A DNA stretch of 64,000 nt from Ascoidea asiatica JCM 7603 (taxonomy: Eukaryota > Fungi > Ascomycota): NCBI GenBank assembly GCA_001600695.1, contig BCKQ01000018.1, forward strand, positions 43,450 through 107,449. The letters are read 5' to 3'. The translations under genes were made by a program, and so were the position numbers. This document shows positions 1-11,954 of this stretch, in pieces. The first letter of the stretch is position 1; each line of letters begins with the position of its first letter. A model generated the notes under the pieces. That model ran no database searches. It saw only the letters and a list, made by a program, of their open reading frames with translations, and was not told the origin of the DNA.

Positions 1-540
1 GCATCATTTAAAGAAAAGCAAACAATAGCTCAAGACAAGTTCTTGATTGCAGGGAAATGATATTCTAAGATTTTCATTTCATCCTTGAACTTCTTTTCAT
101 TAGAAACATAAGCATTTAAATTCAGAAGAAATGATTTTAGTAATTTAACTCTTTCAAACACAGTAATAACACCAAGATCTGTGTCACGAGCATACTAAAG
201 ATTAATTCCATCAGTTGCATCATAATCAACAAGAATAGTTTTATCAACCTTACTTTTAATCAAGGCATCAACCAAACAGGAGAATCTGTAAGGAATAGCA
301 CCAACAACAGCAGACGCATTAACAAACTCTTTGAAATTAATGTTTTGATTTGCAACAAGGAATTTCAATTGTTTTAATAGCCAATGTTTGAACAAGGGCC
401 ACGAAGCTCCATCAGTAATTTTGTCACCTTTAACATTTTCAATAAACGACAAACCAGTTTTGAAACAATCGTCATCGATCTCCAAATCAGCAGCAAATTG
501 AAACGGCATGAGCAGCAAGTTTTAATGATTTAGCAGCAGT
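1..540 (-). pseudogene. Degenerate ORF running off the left edge, possibly Ty1/copia-type gag
   Basis: The frame of ORF 195..518 continues past TAG (195-197) for 54 sense codons (YARDTDLGVITVFERVKLLKSF...) to TGA (30-32) and on to the edge. A second frame upstream (TAAKSLKLAAHAVSI) joins with an apparent 1-nt shift near 495. The motifs ITDGASWPLFKHWL and DATDGINL[*]Y..D.G..T..ER loosely resemble copia Gag (inference only). Confidence 0.5.
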
Positions 541-574
541 AAATAATTAATTTGATTTAAAAAGATTGGAAATC

Positions 575-630
575 TAATAAAATAAGATTTCTATAAAAGA
601 TATAATAAAATAAGATTTCTATAAAAGATA
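575..630. repeat. Perfect 28-bp tandem duplication (taataaaataagatttctataaaagata x2)
   Basis: Identical copies at 575-602 and 603-630. Confidence 0.9.
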
Positions 631-754
631 ATTAATAATAATAATGATTAGTATATATTAAAAGATAATATATAAAAGTTATAATAAAAATTCTTAAAGA
701 TATAAAAAAAAAATAAAGAAAAATAATTTTGAAAAGTAAGGGAAAAACAACCTC

Positions 755-762
755 TATTTATA
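755..762 (-). promoter_or_regulatory. TATA box (TATAAATA) facing the left-edge ORF
   Basis: Minus strand reads GGTATAAATAGAGG, about 90 bp downstream of the HSE cluster. Confidence 0.55.
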
Positions 763-850
763 CCATTTGAAAATGTATGAGAAGTGAAAATCTGAAAGTT
801 CAGAAATTCAATTTCACATACTAAACTTCAAACACAGTAGTTAAGCAATG

Positions 851-1115
851 GAATCTTCTAGAATCTTTTTCATAGAAGGTTCTAGAAAATTCGAGAAACT
901 TCTAGTAATAGAAAGCTGCATATAAGAGCAAATAAGAAAGCATAACGACAAAGAAGCAAATAGAATGTTCTAGAAGGTTCTTCTTCTAGAATTTTCCAGA
1001 ATGTTCTTTTTCTATAATGTTCCAGAATATTCTTTTTCTAGAATGTTCTAGCAAATTCTGATTCTAGAATGTTCTAGAAAGTTCTGTTTCTAGAATGTTC
1101 CAAAAAGTTCTAGAA
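851..1115. promoter_or_regulatory. Dense heat-shock element (nGAAn inverted repeat) cluster
   Basis: Nine exact TTCTAGAA octamers (856, 880, 968, 984, 1036, 1062, 1072, 1088, 1108). A perfect six-unit alternating HSE sits at 874-903 (aGAAg gTTCt aGAAa aTTCg aGAAa cTTCt). Confidence 0.75.
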
Positions 1116-1206
1116 AAACCTAAACAGCAACTTTTGATAAAATGAACAGAAAAAGCTTTTAAAGCATAAAGATGATAGATAAATAAAATTAAGCAACTCA
1201 ATATCA

Positions 1207-1260
1207 GATAAAGTACGATAAGGTAGGATAAGGTAAGATAAGGTGAGATAAAGTCAGATA
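1207..1260 (+). promoter_or_regulatory. Array of six GATA sites at exact 10-bp spacing
   Basis: GATA at 1207, 1217, 1227, 1237, 1247, 1257; unit GATAARGTNN with variable last bases. Confidence 0.6.
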
Positions 1261-3010
1261 TAGTAACAACAAAGTGAATTATGATTTGATAACATAATTC
1301 ATTAAAGGTTATTTTTTGAAAAGTGTTATTCTCTCATTATTGATTCATTACAAATTTGCAATTTATTTTTTAAAGGATATTATTAATTGAATGGTGAGTT
1401 TTTCCATCAAAATTTAACATTTGACTCGAATGAATCATTTTGATAAATGATTACTTAATAAACGCTTCAAGATTACCTAATAAATACTTAATAAATACTT
1501 AAGAAATACTTAACAAACATTTATATTCGATAAATGTTTAAGGTTATCGCACTTTTGAATGAAGATTTATGTATACAAGAACGCAGGGCAAGAGAAAGTT
1601 AAATGTGACAACCTTGAAAAAGCAATAGACATTTGATTGGTCCGATTCTGAATAATAAGAGAGCAGTAATAAAATACAATTTTCGGTACATTTTTGAAAA
1701 TCCTTTTTTGTTTATTTCTTTGTTTTCCCTTTCACTTTAGTAAATTTATTTTCATTTGAATAAACTCTTATTCATTTTCAAGACTTTAATGATAATGTAA
1801 TTTTATATACTGCACTGGTCATTTTTACTATAAAAACAAATTTGAGTAACAGTTTTTTTAAACAAAATTATTATTATTATAAAAATGCCTTAATTTCTCA
1901 ATTCAGAATACAAAAAAAAATTCAATATTATTTGGTTTCTTCAGTTTCAAAATATTCAACCTTTTATGAAATTAATAATAATCTTCGGTTTTCAGTATGT
2001 TTCGGGCTGATTTTATTTTATCTTTTCCATGATCATATTTTTATATTTATTATTGACTTTAATTTTACCGTAGTTTTGGATTATTAAAAGTAAATTTAAT
2101 TACTAAAAAACGGAAAAGCCTCCAAAGAAAATGAATAACTTATGAAAGGTAAATATTTTGGGTTGACGATATTTCGATATTATATTAATATAATTTGTAA
2201 GAAAAATGCACATAAACATATACAGTATTGAATATGATATATTGACATAAATTTAGTAAATTAAATTTGTTGAAAAAAAAAACTGCCACACTTTTTTCTA
2301 TAAATGAATTAGAAAACGTTCAAAAACGTTTAAAGACGTTTAAAAACTGTTTCTTCACTAAATTCATTAAAAATAACAGTATTAATTATAAAGTGTATTG
2401 CAAAATAAAACAAAGAAAGTATTTCATGAAAGAAAGAGAGAATCAAATGGTGTCATTTATATGTGAAAAAAAAAATAACACAAGCTGTTTTCAGAAGCTA
2501 TTGAGCGTGGCCTCACGCGCCAGTCTACAGCAATACAAGCCTTTTGGAGAACTGTCAAACGCAAGTTTGTCGTAACTTTTTAATATTTTTGCGATATAAA
2601 AATATGTGCGTTGGTGCTGAGATCTGCATTGGCATTCCAAATAAAAGCTTGAAAATATAATTTGTAACAAATAAATGGTTAATTGAATATTGAATTAATC
2701 ATATTCTTGCTGAGTTTATCACAATAAGAAAAGAAGAAAAAGTAATTTAAACTGAGTTTATTATTAGTAGTGAGAAAATTAATAGTTATGATTTTCTTTA
2801 ATTTATTTCTTTTTTACTGTATGAAAAAATGGTGATTATTACAGATTATATTTAAAATAATATAAAATTTTGAAGAATTATTAAGTATATGATATGTTAT
2901 TAGGAATATTTAAAAAATTTAAAATATTATTTAATAATAATTTTAAATGAAAAGTAATGATAAAAAAAAAAAAAGCTAAAACAAAAAACTTATTTAAATT
3001 AATAATATAA

Positions 3011-4024
3011 TTATTCTTCAACATCTCTTGCAGCAACACCTGGAGAAGTTAAAGAAATAGTTCTAATCATATGTCTAATTTCATCAGTATCATAATCTAA
3101 AGTTGCAGTATGAGAACAAGTTCTTTGATCCCATAAACAAACAGTTCCTTCTTCCCATGGAGCTCTACAATGAAAATCTTCAGCTTTAAGTAATTCTTGT
3201 AAGAAATCCATTAACCATTTATTTTCTTCTCTTTTTAAACCTAAGATTTGTTTTGTTTGAATACCATTAAAAAATAAAGCTTTTTCTTTAGTTACAGGAT
3301 GAATAATAACTAAAGGATGAATTGAAAAAGCTTCTTTTTTAGCACCAGAACCTAATCTAATTAATTCTTGTTCAGTCCATTCAGAATGTTTTGCATCTAA
3401 ACTTTCTAAAAATTTTTGCATTGTTGGGGATAAAGCTTTAAAAATATGAGTATTTGAAGCAAAAATAGTATCACCACCACCACTTTTTGGTAATTCACAA
3501 TCCCAAAAAAAAGTTGCACCAGGTAATTCTTTTTCAAAAGTTTGATCAATATGCCAAGCAATAAATGAAATTCTATCACCCCATTTTGTTTTATTTGGAG
3601 CTTCAGGACATGAATACATTGATTGCATTGTTGGATTTGCACCTTTTGGATAACCCATTGAAGGATGTTGATGTAAAGGACCAAAATGAGATACAATTTC
3701 ATATTGTTTTTTTAATGGTATATCTTTAAAATCTTGTTTTCTAAAAAATAAACAACCTCTTTGAGCTAAATATAAAGCAACTTCATTTAAACCATCTTCA
3801 GTTAATTCAGAAAGTTGAACACCTTCAATAACAGAACCAATTCTTGGAGTTAATTGTTTACAACTTATACTTGCTTTTGATTTTGGAAATAAATTTGGAA
3901 AAGTTGGATCTGCTTTTAAACCAGGATCTTCAAAAGTGAAACCTTCATGTTGTTTTGAACCAACTTCACCAATTGAACGATGTTGTGGTAAATAATCTGG
4001 ATATTTTGGATTATTTGAAGACAT
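3011..4024 (-). CDS. TauD-family Fe(II)/alpha-ketoglutarate-dependent (sulfonate) dioxygenase, JLP1-like
   Basis: LTPRIGSVIEGVQL, RGCLFFRKQD, WHIDQTF (HxD), GGDTIFAS, HPLVIIHPVTKEKALF, WDQRTCSHTA (distal His) and the C-terminal Arg. Confidence 0.93.
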   Translation of the reverse strand: MSSNNPKYPDYLPQHRSIGEVGSKQHEGFTFEDPGLKADPTFPNLFPKSKASISCKQLTPRIGSVIEGVQLSELTEDGLNEVALYLAQRGCLFFRKQDFKDIPLKKQYEIVSHFGPLHQHPSMGYPKGANPTMQSMYSCPEAPNKTKWGDRISFIAWHIDQTFEKELPGATFFWDCELPKSGGGDTIFASNTHIFKALSPTMQKFLESLDAKHSEWTEQELIRLGSGAKKEAFSIHPLVIIHPVTKEKALFFNGIQTKQILGLKREENKWLMDFLQELLKAEDFHCRAPWEEGTVCLWDQRTCSHTATLDYDTDEIRHMIRTISLTSPGVAARDVEE

Positions 4025-5315
4025 TTTAGATTAATTAAAATGATTTTTTTTTTAATTGGAATATAGATAAAATGATAAAATGATTAATTAATTAATTAAT
4101 AATTTATTATGATAAATAAATATTAATAATAATATAAGAAAGAAAAATTTAATTGATTGATAATGATAAGAAGAATAAATTAAAATTAAAAAAGAAAATA
4201 AAAGAATAAAAGAAAATATATCAAGTCTTTATATATTATTTTTTTTCTTTTTTAAGATTAATCAATATTAATTAAAATTGATTAGAATATAATGAGATAA
4301 ATAGATTGATTAATGATTAAATTTTAGATAAAAAATTATCAAGATTTAAGATATAAAGTAAGTAAGTAATAATCTAAAGATATTTTTCGGGTTGAAAAAC
4401 CGATGAAATAAAATTTGAAATTTTATCAAAGTAAGTCATAATAAACTATGGAAGAATAAAATAAAGTATCATTAAGTATCATTAATCATGATTGATTATC
4501 ATTTCATATACTACTAATACATTAGATAATTTTGATTTGTATTTAATTTAAATCCGAGAATATTGATCTAAAGATATTACTATTACTATTACTAGTGCAT
4601 TATTAAAATATCGAGATATCGAAGTGAAAAAATAAAGACAAGTCCAAATCGAAGGAGATTTGATCTTGATAAGAGCCAAGGGAGTCAAACTGCTGCTTAT
4701 TCAGCTCCTCACACCTCGAGCCAGCACAGGAACCTGCTCTGCTTCGTGCACCTTTTTTCTTTCTTCTCTCTTCTCTCTGTTTGTTCTGCTCGTCTACCAA
4801 TTCCACAGTCATCAAAGCAATCACCTCGCAGCTTCTCTTGTTCTTCTTGTTCTTGTTCTTGTTCTTCTTGTTCTTCTTGTTCTTCTTTCTCCTCGTCTTC
4901 TTTCCTGCTTTTTGTGGATGTGGTTGGAAATTGAAACATTTCTCTCGGAGCCCACCCGCCGATACTGCTTTGCCTTTCTCTTTCAACTATTTCTCCGCTG
5001 CACGGGATCACTCGCACTTCTTCTTCTCAATTGTCAATAAAGGAATTGCCATCCTTCAATTTGCAACCCTTTTTTATCACTTTTACCACTTTTATTACTG
5101 TAATTTCTGTGATTTCCGAAATGAAAAAAATGTATATGAATAAATTCAATTATTCAATTATTCAATTATATTCCATTATATTCTATTACATATTTCTTTA
5201 ACTACATACTAAAAGTAAACCCCCTGAACCATGGATTACATTCCATTATTTCTTTCTCAATTTTTAAATAATTTTTCTACTATTTTTAAAGTGATTTTAA
5301 AGTCATAATTTACTA

Positions 5316-5328
5316 GCAATGTCACGTG
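5316..5328 (+). promoter_or_regulatory. Composite RYAAT-NN-CACGTG site (Cbf1/Met28/Met4 recruitment-type motif)
   Basis: GCAAT-GT-CACGTG upstream of the JLP1-like gene. A CCACAGT (Met31/32-like core) is also present at 4803-4809. Confidence 0.55.
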
Positions 5329-5986
5329 TTTATAATATATATTTGAATAATATTTCAATTCTTACAAACTTGAATTTTTCATATAAAATATTTAATAATT
5401 TAATATACAGTATTTCAAATTAATAATTGAAAACGTTTTAATGTAGGTTTTTATTTAATTATTGAATAAATTGTTTATTATTATTGAAAATATTTATCAA
5501 ATTTGGATGAATTTAATACCTAAATAAGTATTAAATAATTTTAAAAACTTTTAAAAAAAAGGGTTTAAATTAAATTATTCATTTATAATTATTAAAATTG
5601 ACTATATAAAGTAGTAATTATTAACTACAATTTCTTGAATTATTTTAAAATTTATTTTTATTTATTTAATATTTTTCTTTTATATATATATAATATATAC
5701 ATATATTATATATATATAAAAGATTCATTGATTTATTTAAATAATGTATTCAAATATTAAATAAATATATAGAAAAAAAGAATATAAAATGAATATAAAA
5801 AGAATATAAAAAGAATAAGAATAAGAATAGGAATAGAAATAAGTATATAAAATTTAAGAGAAAAAAGAATATTGAAATTTAATAAAAGAGGAGAGTAAAA
5901 TTTCAATTAATATAAAAAAAAAGAGCAAAGCAAAACTAAAACAAAAGATAAATCAACACCAATATTAAAGAATTTTAATTAAGTAA

Positions 5987-6028
<42 letters not shown>

Positions 6029-6029
6029 C

Positions 6030-7670
6030 TTACATATCATTTTGTTGTTTTTCAGAATCAAGAGCACGAACTTTAATAAGATATTCTAATTCTTCTTTAG
6101 ATTGAGGAACAGAATAAAGATAAGTAAAATATAATGAAATAATTCCAACAATTGAAGCAAATGCAAAACCAATTGCAACTTTATAACCATAATGATAATG
6201 TGGAGCTTCAGTTGCAGGCCAAATAAATAATGGCATCCAAGCATTATTTGCATAAGTTAAAACAACTATAGAACCAGTAACAATTGATCTTCTTTGATAA
6301 TTCATACCAAAAATTTCTGAAATTAAAGAAGTAATAATTGGTCCAGTTGCTTGAACTGAAAATAAAATAAAAAATGCAAAATATTTAAATCCAATAGATT
6401 TTGGCCATGCAGCTAAAATTGCACAACCAAAAACACTTGTTAATTCTTGTAATATTAAAACACCAAATTTTCTACCTGATAAATCTGCAAATCTTGAATA
6501 AAGAATCATTGTAACTAAAGAAACACCATAACCACCAACTGGAATTAAATTAATTTCTTGAGTTGTATACATTTTTGTACCATCATCATTTGTTAAAGCT
6601 TTTAACCATAAATTCATATATGAAAATGTTAATAAAGTCCAAGCCCATGGTACATAAGCCATAGCAACTGACCAAAATCTCCAATCTGAATATGTTAAAT
6701 AAATATCTTTAAATCTAAATCTTTTAATAGTAACTCTTGCATTTCTTGCCATTCTTTTTTTTGCAATTTCAATATCTTTTGGTTTTAACCATTTTGCACC
6801 ACCATTTTCTGGAGTATCAGGTATTAAAAATATACCTGAAAAAGCAGTAACAACAGTAATTATTGAATTTATTACAAATAACCATTTCCAACCTGGTAAA
6901 CCACCTTTACCTTCTAAATTAGTATAAATTGCAGCTTGCATAAAACCAATAAACATTGAACCAGCACAACCTGCAGCACCAAAGATTGCAGCTCTTGTTG
7001 CCATTTCAGTTGGAGTATACCAATTCATAAATACAGTTATCATTCCTGGCCATGATGAAGCTTCTGCAACACCAATTAAAAATCTTAAAGCAAACATTGG
7101 TTTAACAGAAGTTGGTACAGCACATAAACCAGTTAATAAACCCCAAACTAATTCACAACCTGGTAACCACCAAGTTGCTTTAACTTTTGTCATTATAATT
7201 TGAGCAGGAATTAAAGTTACAGCATATCCAATAGTATAATAAGTACCTAACCAATTATAATCTTTACCTTTCATATTTAAATCTTCTTTCATTCCAGAAA
7301 CATAAGCATTAGCATAATTTGATTGATCAATACTTTTTATACAATATGCAACACAACCCCAAGTCATTAAAAATAAATCAAGTTTTGCAATAAATTTTTT
7401 TTCTTCAATATCTTCAGCATCATTTGCATTAAAAGCTTTTTTATACCATGGTCTTGTATCTTTTTTTGAAAAAATTGCTGGATTTTTATAATATAAAATT
7501 TTATACCATTGTGAAAAAACCCAAGAAGCAGAATGTTTTTGATTAAATTGAGAATCATCTAATTCTTCTTCATTTGAATTTGAACTTGGTAATTCATCTA
7601 CAAATTCTTTAATATTTGCACCTTTACCTTGACCTGATAAATCATCAATTTCAATTACACCTTTATCCAT
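6030..7670 (-). CDS. MFS transporter, anion:cation symporter/allantoate permease family (SEO1/FEN2/VHT1-like)
   Basis: EEKKFIAKLD, NYANAYVSGMKEDL, LRFLIGVAEASSWPG, WYTPTEMATR, LEGKGGLPGWKWLF, EAPHYHYGY; about 12 hydrophobic segments. Confidence 0.92.
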   Translation of the reverse strand: MDKGVIEIDDLSGQGKGANIKEFVDELPSSNSNEEELDDSQFNQKHSASWVFSQWYKILYYKNPAIFSKKDTRPWYKKAFNANDAEDIEEKKFIAKLDLFLMTWGCVAYCIKSIDQSNYANAYVSGMKEDLNMKGKDYNWLGTYYTIGYAVTLIPAQIIMTKVKATWWLPGCELVWGLLTGLCAVPTSVKPMFALRFLIGVAEASSWPGMITVFMNWYTPTEMATRAAIFGAAGCAGSMFIGFMQAAIYTNLEGKGGLPGWKWLFVINSIITVVTAFSGIFLIPDTPENGGAKWLKPKDIEIAKKRMARNARVTIKRFRFKDIYLTYSDWRFWSVAMAYVPWAWTLLTFSYMNLWLKALTNDDGTKMYTTQEINLIPVGGYGVSLVTMILYSRFADLSGRKFGVLILQELTSVFGCAILAAWPKSIGFKYFAFFILFSVQATGPIITSLISEIFGMNYQRRSIVTGSIVVLTYANNAWMPLFIWPATEAPHYHYGYKVAIGFAFASIVGIISLYFTYLYSVPQSKEELEYLIKVRALDSEKQQNDM

Positions 7671-7734
7671 TTTTATTATATTTTTATTATATTTTTATTA
7701 TATTTTTATTATATTTTTATTATATTTTTATTAT
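7670..7734. repeat. 11-bp tandem repeat (tttttattata) about 6 copies abutting the permease start codon
   Basis: Directly visible in the 5' leader. Confidence 0.8.
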
Positions 7735-10142
7735 GTTATTATAGATCTTATGGATTTTATATTCCTTTTTATTATTTTTGTTATATTTGTTAATGTATTT
7801 AACAAACTTCTTATTACTATTATATATATAATATATATATAATTATATATATATATGAATATGAATATATGAATATATTATTTAAGATTTATTCAAAATA
7901 TATATTATTGAATAAATTTTATGAATTATAATTAATCTAAAATATTTAAGATTAGATTATTAATATTATAATTATTATATATTGATAATTATTAATTAAT
8001 TAATTAGATTTAAAAAATAAGAATATAAATTATTCTAATCAATGTTTTTTAAAAAGGAATTTTGGATCATATTTATATAAAATTAAATAAATGAAATAAA
8101 TAAATAAAAATATATAAATTGAATAGATATATAATTGATAAAAAAAAAAAAAGCTAAATTAATAAAAGAGTACTTTTTTTAGCATTTAGTTGTATTATCA
8201 GTTTCAATATTAACAATTAGTAATAATAATAATAATATAATGGTACTGTAGTGGTATTGATGATTTGTAGTAGTAAATTTAGTAGTGTGGTTAAAGATTA
8301 AAAAAGTGAAAAATTTTGTGTAAGCTTTTTGAAGTGATTGAGAAATCTAAAATTGATAAGTTAAATTTTTTTACAATTTTTAGTTAATTAGATAAATTAT
8401 TGAAATAAAGAATGAAAATTGAAGTAAAAGAGAACTTACTCACTGTAGGTTGAATTTGCAACATGAATAACTACATCATGTAGGCAGATAAAAATGGACT
8501 GATAAGATAAATGAAAATAAAAAAAAAACATAAAAACATAAAAAGATCAAAAGATCAAAAGATGAAAAAAAGAATGGAGATGGTAATTTACATAGTAATT
8601 TACATAAATTACATAGTAGATTACATAGTAGATTATCATTTTAGATTAAACTCACTTCAAATTCTCGACATTTCATAAAAAGCTTTGTTTATTATCAACG
8701 AACCAGTCAGTAAACAGTCAGTAAACAGTCAGTTAATAACACTGTCACTCACCGCTGCCAAAGATCGTAAATGTCCACTCTGGAACCTATCTTATCTGGT
8801 GTGTTGTGTTGTTGTTGTTGATGTGCTGGGGACGTCGGCGCGCGCTGCAGGGCTGGCCACCGCAAAACTGGGTTTGTGCTGGTTCGAATTTGTGCTTTTC
8901 TTTTCCTTTTTACGGTGCTTGGGGCAGGACTGCGATGGAATCGTGACTGGAGTGAGAGTTGATTGCTGAGTTTGGTGCTGAGTTTGGTGCGCTGAAATGG
9001 TGCGTTTCCAACGAGACACGCTGGAATAAGTGCGCGCCAGTGGCCCAGGGCAAATCTGGCGTCGAAAGAATCAAATCCAGCCAATGAGGAGGCGTTGTCG
9101 GTGGCTTGGGTTTAGCAGAGTTTAGCAGAGTTTTAGATCCAACGACTGCGAGCAGTGAAAGCAGCTTCGTTGACTTTAGCACTTTTCTGCACCACAAACT
9201 GGTTCTGTTTACAAGGAACACTCAATCCGAAACAAGATTCTGGTGTTTTGATTGCCAAGGCGCACACCTCGTCGATAGGAGCTCAACCACACCCACAGTA
9301 CAGTACTACAGTACTACAGTACTACAGTACTACAGTACCTCTCTCTCTCTCTCTCTCTCTCTCACTCTGCTGTGGTGTGGTCTGAGTTACCCTCCGTTGC
9401 TCCACTCACTTCACTTTTCTTCTCTTCTCTGCCATCACTTCGGATCTAGCTCTGCGTCTGGGTTTGTGTTTACAGCAGGGTAATTCAAAAACACTCAAAA
9501 TTTCCCTTTATTTTCGTTTGATCTTTGAGTTCTTTCTTTTGTCACTGACTATTCTTGGCAATTAATTACCAATAAATACCAATAAATACCAATAAATACC
9601 AATAAATACCAATAATTTGCTAATAATTTGCTAATAGTTTTCTAATAATTTGTTAAATCATGCAAGAAAAGTTTAATTAACCTCAAACTGATTAGATTAG
9701 ATTCCAAATTAGGTACCGTAATTATGGTCTCCAAACTATTTTACAAATAATTTTAATTTTATTCTTTTTTTTTTTTTTTTTTTTTTCAAAAAATGCAATA
9801 ATAACTTATATTAAATTTTGTTTATAAAAAAAATAATTAAACTCAAAGCCTTGTAATAATCTAATTTCATTTACAACCAACCAGATAATCTTATACAATA
9901 AAATAAGATAAACTTTTTTACTTATTTCATATCTTAAACCCTTGTTTTAAAAAAAAAATCATACTAGTAGTATTGTATATAAACAAAAACAAAAATAAAA
10001 ATAAAAACAAAAACAAACTCACTAAAGAAACCGAAAATAAATTAAAAACAATCAATCTTTAAAATAAAATTAAAAATAAGGCTAAATTTTGAAGAAATAA
10101 GAAAACCCCAAGAAATATAAAAAAAAATTAATTAAATAAATT

Positions 10143-10898
10143 TTAACAACTAATTAGATTAACAACCCTTAAATGAACTTTAGAACATTGAGAATCTAAA
10201 TATGAATCATATAAATTATAAAAAGTTCCGGATAAACATTGATAAAATATATCATTATTACCAATTGCAAGATATCCATCGGGTGTTATTGACCATCCTA
10301 ATGCATATATTGCTCCTGATTGTGGTATTGGTCCATCAAATTGAAATTGTCTATTTGCAACAATTGATCCAATTCTATTTTCTGAATCAATTAATATACT
10401 ATTTTTTAAAATCATTGATAATGTAGAATTTGTTGAACATGATGCATAACTTACATAATCTGAACTTGAACTTGAACTTGAATCTGATGTAGTTGATGTT
10501 GATGTTTCTGTTGAATCTATAAAATACTCTGTAGTTGTTTCACTTTCTTTCTCTTCTTCTTCTTCTTCTTTAATACTACTAGTTTCAATACTTGTATCTG
10601 ATGTAGCACTTGGTGTTGTGAAATAATATGTTGTTGTAGCTAATGTTGTTTCTTCTTCTCTTTTTGCAAATGTATTTGTAGTAGTACTTGTACTTGTACT
10701 TGTACTTGTAGTAATTGGTAATATTGCAATTCCAAATGATGTTTTATAATTTGTTAATCCATTAGAATATGTTGTATTTGGTGTTAATGTGGTCCAATCT
10801 TCTTCTGATGATAAATATTCTCCAAAAATTTTATTAATATTAATTATTCCAAGAATTGAAATTTTAATTATTTTTATTTTTAAAAATTTCATCTTCAT
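10143..10898 (-). CDS. PIR/CIS3-family cell wall protein
   Basis: WTTLTP and [10 protein letters not shown]-terminal motifs, Kex2 site AKR, and a C-terminal four-Cys domain [32 protein letters not shown]...[14 protein letters not shown]...QC..VHL..V.L..C. Confidence 0.92.
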   Translation of the reverse strand: MKMKFLKIKIIKISILGIININKIFGEYLSSEEDWTTLTPNTTYSNGLTNYKTSFGIAILPITTSTSTSTSTTTNTFAKREEETTLATTTYYFTTPSATSDTSIETSSIKEEEEEEKESETTTEYFIDSTETSTSTTSDSSSSSSSDYVSYASCSTNSTLSMILKNSILIDSENRIGSIVANRQFQFDGPIPQSGAIYALGWSITPDGYLAIGNNDIFYQCLSGTFYNLYDSYLDSQCSKVHLRVVNLISC

Positions 10899-11954
10899 TT
10901 ATATATTTAATTATCTTTAATTATCTTTAATTTATTAATATTATAATAACTTATATTATATCTAACAATAATCAAGAAAAGAGAAGAAAAGAAAATTATC
11001 AAGATGATTACTATTAGAATATATATATATGAATTGTAAAAAAATGAAATTTTAATTCAATTATTTTATAATTTTAATCAAATCATGGTTTTATTTATTA
11101 TCAATAGTTCTAGACCATATTATAAATATCATTCTCTTAAAATTCCATCTATAACTGTAATTGTAATTGTAATTGTAATTGTAATTTTTTAAATTGCTGG
11201 ATGAAAAATAAAATAGACGACTTAAATTAAATAACAATAACAATAACAATGAAAATTAAAATTAAAATCTCGTCTATAATACGGTTTATCACATTCCGGA
11301 GCAAGGATTGTATTTTAATATTTAATTACATTTCCTGGATCAAATCCGTAAAAGCGGATTAACCTCCCATTGGAATGGAACCGAGATTAATGTTTTAAAG
11401 AAAAAAAAGTCAATGCAAGAAAATGGTAAAAAAAAAAAAAAGAGAGATAACCTTAAATGATTATAAACTAAATAATTATTATATTGTATATTCATTAGCA
11501 ATTTGGCCTCGATATATATATACTTACTATATACTTACTAAAAAGTTTTTTATTTTAGGAAATTGATAATTAAAATGGTTAATATAAATTTATAAATCTT
11601 AATTGAATAATAAAAGACCTTTTAAATCTTATTTTTTTAATAATATTCAATTATTTTAAAATTTATCATATAATTTAGGTCTTGGTCTTGATCTTGGTCT
11701 CTTATTGAAATTTTAAATAATGTTTTATATATGTTTTATTTTATTTTATTTTATTTATAATTAAATAATTAATAGTCATTTATATGATTGAAAATATAGA
11801 AATTGATTAAAAATCATTTAAATATAAATTGAATTTGATTAATAAATTGATAGAAAGTAATTTGATATAAATAGTTGAAAATATTTATATATTTGAAATT
11901 ACTTTTTATTTTATTTTATTTACATTCTAACTTTATCATTATATAATCACCAAA

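Noticed and set aside
135-200. CTT-TAG as a +1 'shifty stop' recoding site
   Set aside because: The +1 frame stops after 19 codons and the -1 frame after 3; only frame 0 continues, which fits decay or readthrough rather than frameshifting.
562-575. AGATTTCCAATCT (minus) as a half-tRNA primer binding site
   Set aside because: It resembles the complement of a tRNA anticodon arm with a mismatch, but is short and has no adjacent clear LTR end.
1842-2575. ORFs 1842..2087 and 2267..2575
   Set aside because: TTG starts, no motifs, and lengths expected by chance.
4603-5143. Five overlapping ORFs with poly-K/E/L/F tracts
   Set aside because: Produced by a (TTCTTG)n microsatellite within a GC island that is depleted of stop codons.
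8685-9483. Cluster of short ORFs and a GGTTCGAAT tRNA T-loop-like motif at 8881
   Set aside because: ORFs occur in all frames because of local GC content and codon use is unlike real genes; there is no cloverleaf or A box around the motif.
9563-9650. Short tandem repeats as CRISPR-like or telomeric arrays
   Set aside because: No unique spacers; these are simple slippage repeats, which are ubiquitous in this eukaryotic sequence.
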